64,000 nucleotides of DNA from Candidatus Woesebacteria bacterium (GTDB taxonomy: Bacteria > Patescibacteriota > Microgenomatia > UBA8517): NCBI GenBank assembly GCA_013374855.1, contig CP055308.1:532071-596070 (forward strand), given 5' to 3'. Below the pieces are notes generated by a model. The model did no database searches, was not told where the DNA came from, and worked only from the letters and a program-made list of their open reading frames with translations. Both the position numbers and the translations under genes were made by a program. The stretch's first letter is position 1. Each line of letters starts with the position of its first letter. Below, piece by piece: positions 1-9,980 of the stretch.

Positions 1-468
1 TTTGTCTTTTCTTTTGTTTTTTCGAGAATTATATCTTTCCGTTTGGGAAGATTTTTGTTTTTTGGGTTTATTTTTGTTTTTTTGGTTTACAATTTTTATC
101 TTTTTTCTATTTATTTTAGGGGAGAGTACCGGCGGTATAACCCTGTTTCTTTATCAGATGAGATTAAAGCTGTTGACTGGGTATATGAAGATGCTGGTGA
201 AGAAAAATTTAATGTGGATTTTTATGTTCCGCCTGTTGTTCCTTATTCTTATGAATATTTGTTTAAGTGGAGAGGTATGGAATTTTTTGGAAAGATTCCT
301 TCAGTGGAAATGGTTGATTTGCTTTATACTATAAGTGAACCTGACAATTTGCATCCTGAACGTCTTGAAATTTGGAGGATAAGGCAGGATAAAATAGGAA
401 GAGTAGAAGAGAAAATAGAAATTGGTTCACTTTTGGTAGAAAGAAGATCTAGAATAACTGGTGAATGA
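1..468 (+). CDS. Partial CDS (5' end outside window). C-terminal part of a membrane-anchored protein: one TM segment, then a soluble domain
   Basis: The frame of ORF 43..468 stays open back to nt 1 with no stop. A hydrophobic helix (FLFFGFIFVFLVYNFYLF) is followed by a charged soluble region. The stop lies 4 nt before the next start. ORF 2..334 in another frame is F/L-rich low-complexity. Confidence 0.4.
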   Translation, partial: FVFSFVFSRIISFRLGRFLFFGFIFVFLVYNFYLFSIYFRGEYRRYNPVSLSDEIKAVDWVYEDAGEEKFNVDFYVPPVVPYSYEYLFKWRGMEFFGKIPSVEMVDLLYTISEPDNLHPERLEIWRIRQDKIGRVEEKIEIGSLLVERRSRITGE

Positions 469-3400
469 GAACTAAAGTTTTTTTGTATTTTTTGAAAAGA
501 AGGGTTAATGTTTTTGTTTTTTTTGTGTTTCTTTTTTTAACTTTGTGGTTAAGTCGTTATTTTCTGGAGGCAGAATCCTTTTATTCTCATGATTTGGATT
601 TTAATTTAATAAGGAGCCTTGAGGCATATCTTTCATTGAAAGAAGGTCATTTTCCGTTGCGTTGGGCAGGTGACCTTAATTATGGTTGTGGTGTTCCTGT
701 CTTTAATTTTTTCTATCCTCTTGTTTATTATTTAATGAGTTTTATTTTTGTTTTTCTGGGTGATTTCCTTTTGTCTTGGAAAATATTGGTGTTTATTAGT
801 CTTTTTATTGGTAGTTGGTTTTTCTTTCTTTGGATTAAAAACGAAACTAAAGATACTCTTGCTTCTTTTGGGGGAGCTTTGATTTATCTTCTTGCGCCAT
901 ATAGATTTTCTTTGGTTTTTGTAAGAGGCTCTGTTGAATTTTTAGCCTACGCACTTTTGCCAGTTATTTTTTTTCTTGCTTCAAAGATTTTGTTTGATAA
1001 GAATAAATGTTTGTTTAAAAGAGGCTTTTTGTTTTCTTTGTTTTTAGCATTTTACTTTTTATCTCACAATATTGTGGTTTTGATTACCTTTCCAATTTTG
1101 TTGTTGTACACTCTTTTAAAACTTTTTAGAGAGAGAAGTGGTAATCCTGTCTTTATATTTTTTGTCTTTACTCTTGGTTTTTTAATGTCTTCTTTTTTTC
1201 TAGTTCCAGCATTTTTGGAAAAGGCATATGTGAGGCTGTCTATTGACAATGTTGTAGTTGATTATAGGAATCATTTTCCTACTTTAGGGCAGCTTCTGCG
1301 CTCAAGATGGGGTTATCTTTATTCTCTACCTGGTACTGATGATGGCATGTCGTTTATGCTTGGTTATCCTCAATGGCTTGTCTTGTCTTTGTCTTTTTTC
1401 TTTGCGATCTATTACATCTTTAAGACGAAGGAAAGAGCTATTGTCTTTTTGAAAAAAAATTTTTGGTTATTTTTTTATCTTTTCCTTTCTTTGCTTTCTA
1501 TTTTTCTTATGCTTCCATTGTCCTCTTTTATTTGGAGAAACATTAATACTCTACAGCAAGTTCAGTTCCCTTGGAGGTTTTTGGGATTGACAGTTTTTTT
1601 AGTAGCCTCCTTGTTTTCTTACCTGTTGGTTTTTTTAAGGAGAAGTTTTAATAAGAGAGTTTTGTATATTACTTTTGTAATAATATTCTTTATCGGTCTT
1701 TTTGGAAATAGAAATCACTTAAGAGTTTTTCCTTCGAGTGTTAAAGATTATAAAACTTTCAAAGATAACCTTTTGCGCTATTCTACAACTTCTATGGCGA
1801 ATGAGATTTTGCCTTATGGTAATTTGGCTATGTGTAGTCCTGAAGAGCCTTTCTCAAGCGAAGGGGAAATATTGGATCTTAAAAGGGGTTTAACTTATGG
1901 ATCTTTTAAGGTTAGATTTGATGAGGTACCAAAAGAAAAAGTTTTATTTCATTTAGGCTATTTTCCGGGTGTATATGAATTTACCATAAATGGCAGAGAT
2001 GGCGTGCCCTATTCAGATTGCGAAGGAAGGGTCTGTATTTCTTCAAACGAATTTGCTCCTTTTAGTTTTGTATCTTGGAAAGTAGTTCAGACTCCTGTAC
2101 AGAGGTTTTTTAATTTAATAAGTCTTTTCTCTTTTTTTGTTTGGATTATTTTGATTTTTGGTCTTTACCAAAAGAGGCAATTTTGGATCTTTCTTCTTTT
2201 GATGTTTTTATTTTTTAGACTTTATGGTCTGGAGAAAAAAATGGTTTTTGGTTGGGATCAGGAAAGAGACGCTTTTGTTGTTTCTGAGATCTTGAAGGGA
2301 AAATTAACTTTGATTGGACCGCGTGTTGTTGGCCCCAGTGGTTTTTTCCTGCCACCTTACTTTTTCTATATTCTTTCCCCTTTTTATTTTTTGGGCAGAG
2401 GTAACCCTCAGGTTTCGCTTTATCTTTTCCTATTTTCTTATTGGATTTTGTTTTTTGTTGTAGCTTATAAATCTTTTCTTAAATCTATAGGTAGAAACGA
2501 ATCCTTATTGTTTGTTTTGGTGTGGTCAACTTTGCCCCTTGCAGTTGTGGTGGATAGAATAGCTTGGAATCCTATTTTTATTCCTTTGGTTTTTATTGTC
2601 TTGTTGTTTTTTCATTATAGATACTATTCTACTGGGAGTGTTTTTTGGTTTTTTGTTCTTAGTATTTCTTATTTTTTGGGGGTATCATTTCATATACAAG
2701 GTTTGTTTTATTTTCCATTTATACTGAATGCGTTTTTGTTTGGTGGTAATAAGGTTTTTTTGAAAAAGTTTTTTTTGTTTATTTTTTCTGCTTTTTTGGT
2801 TTTTTTACCTATTATTTTGTTTGATTTGCGGCACAATTTTCTTAATTTTTCTTTGATATTTGGTTTTGGGCAAAACTCTTTGGTCAGGGGTGGTTTGTCT
2901 GATGTGTGGTCTAATTTTGTATCATCTTTTGTTAGTTTGAGGATTGGAAAATTATCAGCTTTTGTTTTTTATTTATTTTTTCTTTTTCTAAATTTCCTTT
3001 TGTTAATTAGAGTAAGATTAGCCTATAAAAAAGAACTGCTTTACTCTTTATTTTTGATTTTGCTCTCTTTTCCTATTGTTTTTTATTTTTATGGTTTTCG
3101 CCCATCAGAGTATTATTTTAATTTTTTAATCCCTGTTTTTGTTTTAATTTTTTCTCTTGCGCCCTTTGTAATTAGGCCAAGATTTGCTAGATTGTTTTTA
3201 TCTTTGGTTTTAGTTGTTTTTATTTTGTGGAGTACTTTGTCAAACCTAAAAAGTGTTGCTTACTATGATGGTGAAAGCCTCTATTTTAAGAAGAGGGTGG
3301 TTGGTTTTATTAAAGATATCACAGAGAATAGAAAATATGATTTGTCAATTGATTCAAAAAGTGGCAAAGATGCTGGGTTTTATTATCTTTTAAGTTTTTA

Positions 3401-3527
3401 TGGCCTTGAGCATAACAGAAATAATACTTTTTCCTTGATAAGAATAGTGGAGCCACCAGACAGCAGTTGCTTTACACGCTTTGGGATCTATTCTGTTTGT
3501 TTTTTGCCTCAAGATTTTGGTTGGTAG
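465..3527 (+). CDS. Very large (1020 aa) polytopic membrane protein with two GT-C-like modules. The N-module belongs to the RWxxD...FNFFYP / YRFSLVFVRG / FQFPWRF paralog family (YfhO / PTPS-related-like). The C-module has a WDQERDAF (DE-type) motif as in ArnT/PMT-like enzymes
   Basis: One continuous ORF. Residues about 1-560 align motif-for-motif with ORFs 13626, 16124 and 17757, including the terminal beta-rich soluble domain plus TM anchor. Residues about 600-1020 form a second multi-TM block that begins GWDQERDAFVVSEILKGKL. Confidence 0.55.
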   Translation: MRTKVFLYFLKRRVNVFVFFVFLFLTLWLSRYFLEAESFYSHDLDFNLIRSLEAYLSLKEGHFPLRWAGDLNYGCGVPVFNFFYPLVYYLMSFIFVFLGDFLLSWKILVFISLFIGSWFFFLWIKNETKDTLASFGGALIYLLAPYRFSLVFVRGSVEFLAYALLPVIFFLASKILFDKNKCLFKRGFLFSLFLAFYFLSHNIVVLITFPILLLYTLLKLFRERSGNPVFIFFVFTLGFLMSSFFLVPAFLEKAYVRLSIDNVVVDYRNHFPTLGQLLRSRWGYLYSLPGTDDGMSFMLGYPQWLVLSLSFFFAIYYIFKTKERAIVFLKKNFWLFFYLFLSLLSIFLMLPLSSFIWRNINTLQQVQFPWRFLGLTVFLVASLFSYLLVFLRRSFNKRVLYITFVIIFFIGLFGNRNHLRVFPSSVKDYKTFKDNLLRYSTTSMANEILPYGNLAMCSPEEPFSSEGEILDLKRGLTYGSFKVRFDEVPKEKVLFHLGYFPGVYEFTINGRDGVPYSDCEGRVCISSNEFAPFSFVSWKVVQTPVQRFFNLISLFSFFVWIILIFGLYQKRQFWIFLLLMFLFFRLYGLEKKMVFGWDQERDAFVVSEILKGKLTLIGPRVVGPSGFFLPPYFFYILSPFYFLGRGNPQVSLYLFLFSYWILFFVVAYKSFLKSIGRNESLLFVLVWSTLPLAVVVDRIAWNPIFIPLVFIVLLFFHYRYYSTGSVFWFFVLSISYFLGVSFHIQGLFYFPFILNAFLFGGNKVFLKKFFLFIFSAFLVFLPIILFDLRHNFLNFSLIFGFGQNSLVRGGLSDVWSNFVSSFVSLRIGKLSAFVFYLFFLFLNFLLLIRVRLAYKKELLYSLFLILLSFPIVFYFYGFRPSEYYFNFLIPVFVLIFSLAPFVIRPRFARLFLSLVLVVFILWSTLSNLKSVAYYDGESLYFKKRVVGFIKDITENRKYDLSIDSKSGKDAGFYYLLSFYGLEHNRNNTFSLIRIVEPPDSSCFTRFGIYSVCFLPQDFGW

Positions 3528-3563
3528 TTATTTTTTAGTTTCTAATTTGCTAATATAGGAAGC

Positions 3564-4340
3564 ATGAAGAAGGGTGAAATCTTTTTGTCTGTTGTTATTC
3601 CTTGCTATAACGAGGCAGAAAACATTAATCGCGGAGTTTTGGAGGGAGTTTATAACTATTTTAAAGACAAGGATTATTCTTGGGAAGTTTTGGTCTCAGA
3701 TGATGGTAGCAGTGATGAAAGCGTCTCTCTAATAGAAGATAGAATTAGATCTTTGCCTAATTTTTACTTAATAAAGAATTCTCATGGTGGCAAACCGAGT
3801 GCTCTCTTGGGTGGAGTTAAAGTGGCAAGAGGGAAATATGTGCTTTTTACTGATATGGATCAGTCTACTCCAATCTCAGAACTTGATAAACTTATTCCTC
3901 ATACGAAAGATAATGTGGAGGCTGTTATAGGTTCACGGGGTGTAATAAGGAAGGATTTCCCTCTTTACAGAAAAATTGGGGCTGTTGTTTTTATGATGGT
4001 AAGGAGAGTTTTGATTTTGCCGGAGTTGGTTGATACTCAATGTGGCTTTAAACTTTTTAGGTCAGACATCTTGAAGAAGGTCTTTCCCAAATTAGAGTTT
4101 TTTAAGAAAGAGGAAAATCGTGTTGGTTGGGTAGTTAGCTCATACGATGTTGAACTTTTGCACCTTGTAAAAAAAACAGGCGGAAGGATAGTTGAGATTC
4201 CTGTTTTGTGGAAAGATGAGGATAAAAGTAAAACTAAAGGCTCCTCTTTTAAAAGGTACTTCAAAGAATCAAAAGAGATGTTTTTCCAGATATTGAGGGT
4301 TAAGCTAAATGATTGGCGTGGTATGTATAAGGATTTATGA
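3564..4340 (+). CDS. GT2 polyprenol-phosphate glycosyltransferase (DPM1/GtrB/ArnC-like)
   Basis: LSVVIPCYNEAENI...VSDDGSSDES...TDMDQSTP is the classic GT2 DXD / DPM1 architecture. It is about 258 aa and has an AGGAAG 6 nt upstream. Confidence 0.75.
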   Translation: MKKGEIFLSVVIPCYNEAENINRGVLEGVYNYFKDKDYSWEVLVSDDGSSDESVSLIEDRIRSLPNFYLIKNSHGGKPSALLGGVKVARGKYVLFTDMDQSTPISELDKLIPHTKDNVEAVIGSRGVIRKDFPLYRKIGAVVFMMVRRVLILPELVDTQCGFKLFRSDILKKVFPKLEFFKKEENRVGWVVSSYDVELLHLVKKTGGRIVEIPVLWKDEDKSKTKGSSFKRYFKESKEMFFQILRVKLNDWRGMYKDL

Positions 4341-5857
4341 AACTTTTTTTGAGAAAGAATATTTTTTATTTTTTTGTCTTTTTGGTTTTAGTTTTTTCTT
4401 TTTTGATTCGTGTAGTCAAACTCTCTTATTGGCCTATTTTTGCCGATGAGGCAATTTACATTCGTTGGGCTCAGGTAATGAGGAGTGAAGTTAATCTTCG
4501 TTTTTTGCCCCTTTCCGATGGTAAACAACCTCTTTTTATGTGGCTTGTAATTCCTTTTCTTAAGATCTTTCAAGATCCCTTGTTTGCTGGTAGGCTTTTG
4601 TCGGTTATTTCTGGTACAGCTTCTGTATTGGTTGTTTTTTTAATTGCTCTTTTTCTATTTAAGGAAAAAAAGGTTGCTCTTTTTGCAAGCTTGATTGCTT
4701 CTATATTACCCTTTTTTGTTTTCTTTGATAGAAAAGCTTTGGTTGACAGCCTGCTTTTGTTTTTTGGTCTTTGTCTTTTCCTTTTTTCTTTTTTAGCTTT
4801 CTCTAGAAAAAGGTTTGATTTTGTTTTACTTGCTGGTTTTTCTTTAGGTGGGGCTCTTTTGACAAAATCGCCTGCTTTATTTTTTTCTTTGCTTTTACCT
4901 ACTTTTTTGCTTTTTTTTGATTTTAAGAAAAGTAAAAAACTTAGTTTTAGACAAGTTTTTTTGGCTTTATTTTATCTTTCTGTAATTTACGCAGTAGGTT
5001 ACCTTTTCTATAACATTCTTCGACTGGGACCAAATTTTCACCTTTTGGCTAGTCGCAATATGGATTATGTTTTTCCTTTTTTGCATGTTTTTCAAAATCC
5101 TCTTGACCCATTTCTATCCCATATTAAGGATATCTTTATTTGGTTTTTTTATTTTGGTATTTTATTTATACTACCTCTTTTTTTGCTAGGGTTTTGTTTT
5201 GGTCTTAAAAAGTATAGAAAGGAAGTACTAGTCTTGTTTTTTTGGTTTTTGTTTCCACTTTTAGTCCAGGCAGAATATGCTAGGGTTTTTACAGCTCGTT
5301 ATATTTTATTTACAATTCCTTTCTTTTTGATAATCTCATCTTTATCGTTGAGATTTGCAAATCGGTACAAATTTATCTTTTTTCCCTTCTTTGGATTATT
5401 TATTGTTTTTTCACTTTTCCAAAATTTCCGGTTTATTTTTAATCCAAATAAATCATTTCTGCCAAGAAATGAAAGATCTGGTTATCTTGAAGAGTGGTCT
5501 GCCGGAACTGGTATAAGAGAAGTGTCTGTATATTTGGTTGATTTTTATAGAAAAGAAAAAAGAGAGATTCTTGTTGGTACGGAAGGTTATTTTGGAACGC
5601 TTCCTGATGGATTACAGGTTTATCTAAATGATTATCCTCAGATTAAAGTGGCTGGAATGGGTATTAATTTTAATAATGTTCCTGAAGGATTGGTTACTTC
5701 AGCCGGTAGTGGCACACCGACATTTTTTGTAGTGAATAGTTCAAGGGCAAAGATAGAAGATTTGAAAAACCTAGAGCTTTTAGCAGAGTATCCGAAAGCA
5801 AAGAAAAAAGATGGTTCTTTTGAGAAACTTCTTTTTTATAGAGTTAAAAGTAACTAG
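4337..5857 (+). CDS. GT-C family membrane glycosyltransferase (ArnT/PMT, GT39/83-like) with a C-terminal soluble domain
   Basis: WPIFADEAIYIRWAQ carries the DE motif in the first extracytoplasmic loop. It has about 10 predicted TM segments and an ATGA overlap with the upstream GT2. Confidence 0.6.
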   Translation: MKLFLRKNIFYFFVFLVLVFSFLIRVVKLSYWPIFADEAIYIRWAQVMRSEVNLRFLPLSDGKQPLFMWLVIPFLKIFQDPLFAGRLLSVISGTASVLVVFLIALFLFKEKKVALFASLIASILPFFVFFDRKALVDSLLLFFGLCLFLFSFLAFSRKRFDFVLLAGFSLGGALLTKSPALFFSLLLPTFLLFFDFKKSKKLSFRQVFLALFYLSVIYAVGYLFYNILRLGPNFHLLASRNMDYVFPFLHVFQNPLDPFLSHIKDIFIWFFYFGILFILPLFLLGFCFGLKKYRKEVLVLFFWFLFPLLVQAEYARVFTARYILFTIPFFLIISSLSLRFANRYKFIFFPFFGLFIVFSLFQNFRFIFNPNKSFLPRNERSGYLEEWSAGTGIREVSVYLVDFYRKEKREILVGTEGYFGTLPDGLQVYLNDYPQIKVAGMGINFNNVPEGLVTSAGSGTPTFFVVNSSRAKIEDLKNLELLAEYPKAKKKDGSFEKLLFYRVKSN

Positions 5858-5882
5858 AGATTATTCATGGTAAAATTAACCT

Positions 5883-7379
5883 GTGTTAGGCTTTTCTAAA
5901 AAAAATATTTCAGAGGTTGAGGAAATTGATTTTCAGATTGTGAAGAAGAGAGCGGTTTCAGGTGTGGTTGTTCTGACAGGTAGAACTTTTTTCTTGAGCC
6001 TTCTTTCCTTTTTTGCTACAGCATTGCTTACTGTTTTTCTTGAGCCTTCGCAGTTTGGAGTTTTTTGGATAGTCTCTGCTGTAGTTAGTTTTCTTTCTTA
6101 TTTTAGCGATATAGGTTTGGCGGCAGCTTTGATTCAAAAAAAAGAAAAATTAAACCAAAATGATTTAAATACAACCTTTGTAGTTCAACAAGTCTTGGTT
6201 ATTTTTATTTTATTTTTGCTGTTTCTTTTTTCTCCAGCATTGGTGCGTTTTTATAGTCTTGATTTTGAGGGTAAGATTCTTCTTTATGCGCTTGGTGTAA
6301 GCCTTTTTATGTCGTCGCTTAAAACCATTCCTTCAGTTTTGCTTGAAAGAAACTTGGAGTTTGGAAAGTTGATAATACCACAAATATTGGAGAATTTAAC
6401 TTATAACGTTTTGGCAGTGTTTCTTGCTTGGCAGGGATTTGGTACAAGAAGCTTCACTTACAGTGTTTTGGCAAGAGGATTTGTGGGACTTATAGCCATC
6501 TATGTTATTTATCCTTGGAGACCAACTTTTTCTTTTTCTAAAGAGTCTTTGCGTTCTCTTCTTAAGTTTGGAGTCCCCTATCAACTTAACACGTTCCTTG
6601 CCACGATCAAAGATGATGGGCTAACTGCCTTTTTGGGTGGAATATTGGGTGGTTATGGTGTTGGACTTTTGGGTTGGGCGCAAAAATGGGGACAAGCACC
6701 TCTGAGATTTTTTATGGATCAGGTGATAAAAGTAACTTTTCCTGCTTTTTCTAGGATTCAAGATAACAAAGATGAATTAAGATCAGCCTTGGAGAGATCT
6801 TTGTTTTTTATTTCATTTTTGGTTTTTCCTTCTTTGTTTGGACTACTGGCTTTGGCGCCTCTCTTAGTTTACCTTATACCAAAGTATATTAAATGGGAAC
6901 CAGCGCTTATTCCGCTCTATTTGATTGGTTTTAATACAATTTTTGCCTCTATCTCTACGCAACTGACGAATTTTCTAAATGCAACAGGTAGAATAAAAAC
7001 GACTTTTAAACTTATGATTATGTGGACAACTCTTTCTTGGCTTTTTATACCTTTTCTTTCGTATAAGTTTGGAGTGATTGGGGCTGCCTTTGGGTATGCT
7101 TTGGTTGGCGTAAGTTCTTTAGTTGTATTCTTTGTTGTTTTTAGGTTTTTGCGGTTTTCTTTTTTAAGATCTTTTTTAAAGCCTTTGGTGGCTTCTTTGA
7201 TTATGTTTGTAACACTTTATTTTTTGAGAATAAAGTTAACAATTTCTTTTTTTTCTTTTTGGGTTCTTCTTGGTGTGGGTGGGATAGTCTATTTTTTGTT
7301 GATTTACCTTATGGTGGGCAATTTGCTTATAGAAGATGTTAAGAAAAGCACAAAGTTACTTTTTGGAAAAAAGAACTGA
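5883..7379 (+). CDS. Wzx-like oligosaccharide flippase / polysaccharide biosynthesis protein (MOP superfamily)
   Basis: About 12-14 TM helices spread over 498 aa. The N-terminal charged region, the helix layout and the G-rich loop (GGILGGYGVGLLGW) are typical of the Polysacc_synt family. It has a GTG start. Confidence 0.55.
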   Translation: MLGFSKKNISEVEEIDFQIVKKRAVSGVVVLTGRTFFLSLLSFFATALLTVFLEPSQFGVFWIVSAVVSFLSYFSDIGLAAALIQKKEKLNQNDLNTTFVVQQVLVIFILFLLFLFSPALVRFYSLDFEGKILLYALGVSLFMSSLKTIPSVLLERNLEFGKLIIPQILENLTYNVLAVFLAWQGFGTRSFTYSVLARGFVGLIAIYVIYPWRPTFSFSKESLRSLLKFGVPYQLNTFLATIKDDGLTAFLGGILGGYGVGLLGWAQKWGQAPLRFFMDQVIKVTFPAFSRIQDNKDELRSALERSLFFISFLVFPSLFGLLALAPLLVYLIPKYIKWEPALIPLYLIGFNTIFASISTQLTNFLNATGRIKTTFKLMIMWTTLSWLFIPFLSYKFGVIGAAFGYALVGVSSLVVFFVVFRFLRFSFLRSFLKPLVASLIMFVTLYFLRIKLTISFFSFWVLLGVGGIVYFLLIYLMVGNLLIEDVKKSTKLLFGKKN

Positions 7380-9039
7380 TTTGGCAATCTTTGCTGTTAT
7401 TTTTTTAGGCACTCTTGTGTGGTCTTTGACTATGGTAAGGAGCGGCCTTTGTTTTGATAGAAACTGTCAATCTGGTGTTGGATTTTGGGGAGCAAATGGA
7501 CATGATGGGGTATGGCATGTTGCTTTGATTAAAAGTTTGTCTTCTGGAAGTTTAGATAACCCTGTTTTTGCAGGAGAGCGTTTAAAAAATTACCATCTTG
7601 GTTATGATTTTTTTCTTTCTTTAATGTCCCGCTTTTTTAAAGTCAGTCCTTCGTTTTTGTATTTTCAAATTTTTCCACCCGTTTTGGCGTTTTTAATTGG
7701 TTTTCTTGTTTTTAAGTTGGTTTTTAAGATGGCAAGAAACAAACTTTTTGTCTTTTGGTCTTTATTTTTTGTTTATTTTGGGGGAGGGTTTGGTTTTCTG
7801 GTTAGCCTAGTAAGAGAGGGTAAACTTGCAGGGGACTCAATGTTTTGGGCCCAGTCGCAGGCTACAACGTTATTAAATCCTCCTTACGCTTTTTCTTTGA
7901 TTTTTTTACTTTTGGGTATTTTGTTTTTTGAAGGTTATTTGAAGAGGGGAAAATCTAGTTTTGCTTTATTAACAATAGTGTCATGGGGTTTTCTTTCTCA
8001 AATAAAAATCTATGCTTTTGTGTTGGTTATACTTTCGCTTGTTAGTTTGATTTTTTTGAGAATCTCTCATTTTAGGAAACTAACTACTATTTTTTTGGGA
8101 GTTTTGTTTTTGAATATTTTGATTTCTTTACCAATAAATCGGTTGCCCTCTTCGATTATTGAGTTTAGACCTTTTTGGTTTCTTGAGGCGTTGATGGCGT
8201 TTCCGGATCGATTGGGCTGGGCTAAATTTTATCAAGCGATGACCACTTTTGTATTGGCAGGTAATTATATGAAGGCTTCTATATTATATCTTATCGCTTT
8301 TATTTTATTCTTTTTTGGGAATCTGGGTTCTAGATTTTTATCTTTGAGAACATTTTTTAGGAAAAAGAATGGCCTAACTTTATTTTTGTATTTAATAATC
8401 TTTTGGGGATTGTTTCTGCCTCTTTTTTTTGTTCAAAGAGGAACACCCTGGAATACTATTCAGTTTTTTTATTATTCTTTGTTTTTTTTGAGCGTCTTTG
8501 CTGGTATCGAATTGGGTTTTCTTGCTTTGAAATTTAGGCGACGATTTTGGTTAACTTTGTTATTTTTTCTTATAACTTTACCGACAACTGCTACAACACT
8601 TGGGCATTATTTGCCACGTTTTCCGCAATCAAGATTGCCAAAAGGGGAAATTGAGGCTCTAAGTTTTTTATCGCAGCTTCCACATGGAAGAGTTTTATCT
8701 TTACAAGTCCCAGGAGTGGTTTATGATGATTATAATTCCCCCACCCCTTTGTATGCTTATGATTCAACTTCTTATGTTAGTGCTTTTTCTGGTAAAGAGG
8801 TTTATCTGGAGGATTTAGTTAATCTAAGCATAATGGGTTATGATTACAAGCCAAGACTTAATCAAGTTGAATCTTTTCTTAAGAATCCTGACTCGGGTAA
8901 TTCAAAAGAATTTCTTGATAAGGAAAAGATTGATTATATTTATATCGTTAGAAGATCCTCTCTTGATGAAAATAAGCTTAATTATTTAGAGAGGGTCTTT
9001 GAGAATGAAGATTCTTTGATTTTAAAAGTTGACATCTAA
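7336..9039 (+). CDS. Polytopic membrane protein with a C-terminal soluble domain (uncharacterized; possibly GT-C or polymerase-like)
   Basis: It has multiple TM helices, a GANGHDGVWHVALI motif and a C-terminal hydrophilic domain of about 150 aa. It overlaps the upstream gene by 44 nt, so the true start may be downstream. Confidence 0.4.
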   Translation: MLRKAQSYFLEKRTDLAIFAVIFLGTLVWSLTMVRSGLCFDRNCQSGVGFWGANGHDGVWHVALIKSLSSGSLDNPVFAGERLKNYHLGYDFFLSLMSRFFKVSPSFLYFQIFPPVLAFLIGFLVFKLVFKMARNKLFVFWSLFFVYFGGGFGFLVSLVREGKLAGDSMFWAQSQATTLLNPPYAFSLIFLLLGILFFEGYLKRGKSSFALLTIVSWGFLSQIKIYAFVLVILSLVSLIFLRISHFRKLTTIFLGVLFLNILISLPINRLPSSIIEFRPFWFLEALMAFPDRLGWAKFYQAMTTFVLAGNYMKASILYLIAFILFFFGNLGSRFLSLRTFFRKKNGLTLFLYLIIFWGLFLPLFFVQRGTPWNTIQFFYYSLFFLSVFAGIELGFLALKFRRRFWLTLLFFLITLPTTATTLGHYLPRFPQSRLPKGEIEALSFLSQLPHGRVLSLQVPGVVYDDYNSPTPLYAYDSTSYVSAFSGKEVYLEDLVNLSIMGYDYKPRLNQVESFLKNPDSGNSKEFLDKEKIDYIYIVRRSSLDENKLNYLERVFENEDSLILKVDI

Positions 9040-9049
9040 AGTGTAAAAT

Positions 9050-9973
9050 ATGCCTATGGCAAAAATAAAAGTCTCCCTTGTTATAAACACTCTAAACGAG
9101 GAAAAGAATATAGTTTCTGTTATTAGGTCTGTAGGTGATTTTGCTGATGAAGTTGTGGTTGTTGATATGGAATCCAGTGACAATACAGTTTCTTTGGCGA
9201 AGCAAATCGGTGCGCGAGTTTTTACACATCCAAGGATAGGTTATGTTGAACCTGCAAGAAATTTTGCTATAGAAAAAGCCAAAGGAGATTGGATTTTTAT
9301 TTTGGATGCAGATGAGAGAGCGAACCCAAGACTTCTTGCCAAACTCAAAAAGCTTATTAGGTATGAAAAACCTGATTATGTTTTGATTCCTCGGAAAAAT
9401 ATTATTTTTGGTAAATGGATTAGGAATTCGAGGTGGTGGCCAGATTATAACATTAGGTTTTTTAAAAAAGGGGCTGTTGTTTGGAAAAATGAAATACATA
9501 GTGAACCAGAGAGGAAAGGCAAAGGAGTAACTCTTTTACCCAAAGAAAAGTATGCTATTGTGCATAGAAATTACTCTTCAGTAAGCGACTATATCCAGAG
9601 AATGGATATTTATTCTTCTATTCAGGCGAAAGAGAAAGTATCTAGTGGTTATAAGTTTAATTTCTTGGATTTATTAGAAAAACCAGCAGCTGAATTTTTT
9701 GGTCGTTTTTTTTCGGGAAAGGGGTATAAGGATGGCGTTCATGGTTTGGCATTAGCCTTGTTGCAAACATTTTCTGAATTGATTATTTATCTTAAAGTGT
9801 GGCAAACTGAAGGTTTTGTTGATGGTGAGTTTGATTTTAAGAGTCTAGATAAGTCTTTAGTTAAGATGGAGAAAGATTTAAACTATTGGCGAGCTGATGT
9901 AAAACTTAAAAAAACTAATAGGTTTTTACAATCATTAATTTTGAAGATTAAGAGAAAATTTAGATTGATTTAA
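9050..9973 (+). CDS. GT2 glycosyltransferase, WaaE/KdtX-like
   Basis: VSLVINTLNEEKNIVSVIRSV..DEVVVVDMESSDNT...ILDADERANP...RWWPDYNIRFFKK is the WaaE-type NEE / DADE / RFFKK motif set. Confidence 0.7.
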   Translation: MPMAKIKVSLVINTLNEEKNIVSVIRSVGDFADEVVVVDMESSDNTVSLAKQIGARVFTHPRIGYVEPARNFAIEKAKGDWIFILDADERANPRLLAKLKKLIRYEKPDYVLIPRKNIIFGKWIRNSRWWPDYNIRFFKKGAVVWKNEIHSEPERKGKGVTLLPKEKYAIVHRNYSSVSDYIQRMDIYSSIQAKEKVSSGYKFNFLDLLEKPAAEFFGRFFSGKGYKDGVHGLALALLQTFSELIIYLKVWQTEGFVDGEFDFKSLDKSLVKMEKDLNYWRADVKLKKTNRFLQSLILKIKRKFRLI

Positions 9974-9980
9974 TAGAAAG

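Noticed and set aside
2-334. A 110-aa ORF at the window start (F/L-rich)
   Set aside because: It is low-complexity translation of T-rich DNA. The overlapping frame that continues to 468 has a proper soluble domain and no stop back to nt 1, so that frame was taken as the real partial CDS.
1064-1249. Numerous antisense or out-of-frame 60-140-aa ORFs inside long CDSs (for example 1064, 4037, 6396, 9092, 10865, 11842, 13664, 22308, 33393, 33894, 43126, 46497, 51261, 51850, 57297, 57985, 61885, 62954)
   Set aside because: They are embedded in, or antisense to, longer ORFs that have clear family motifs. Their compositions are typical of shadow ORFs in AT-rich DNA.
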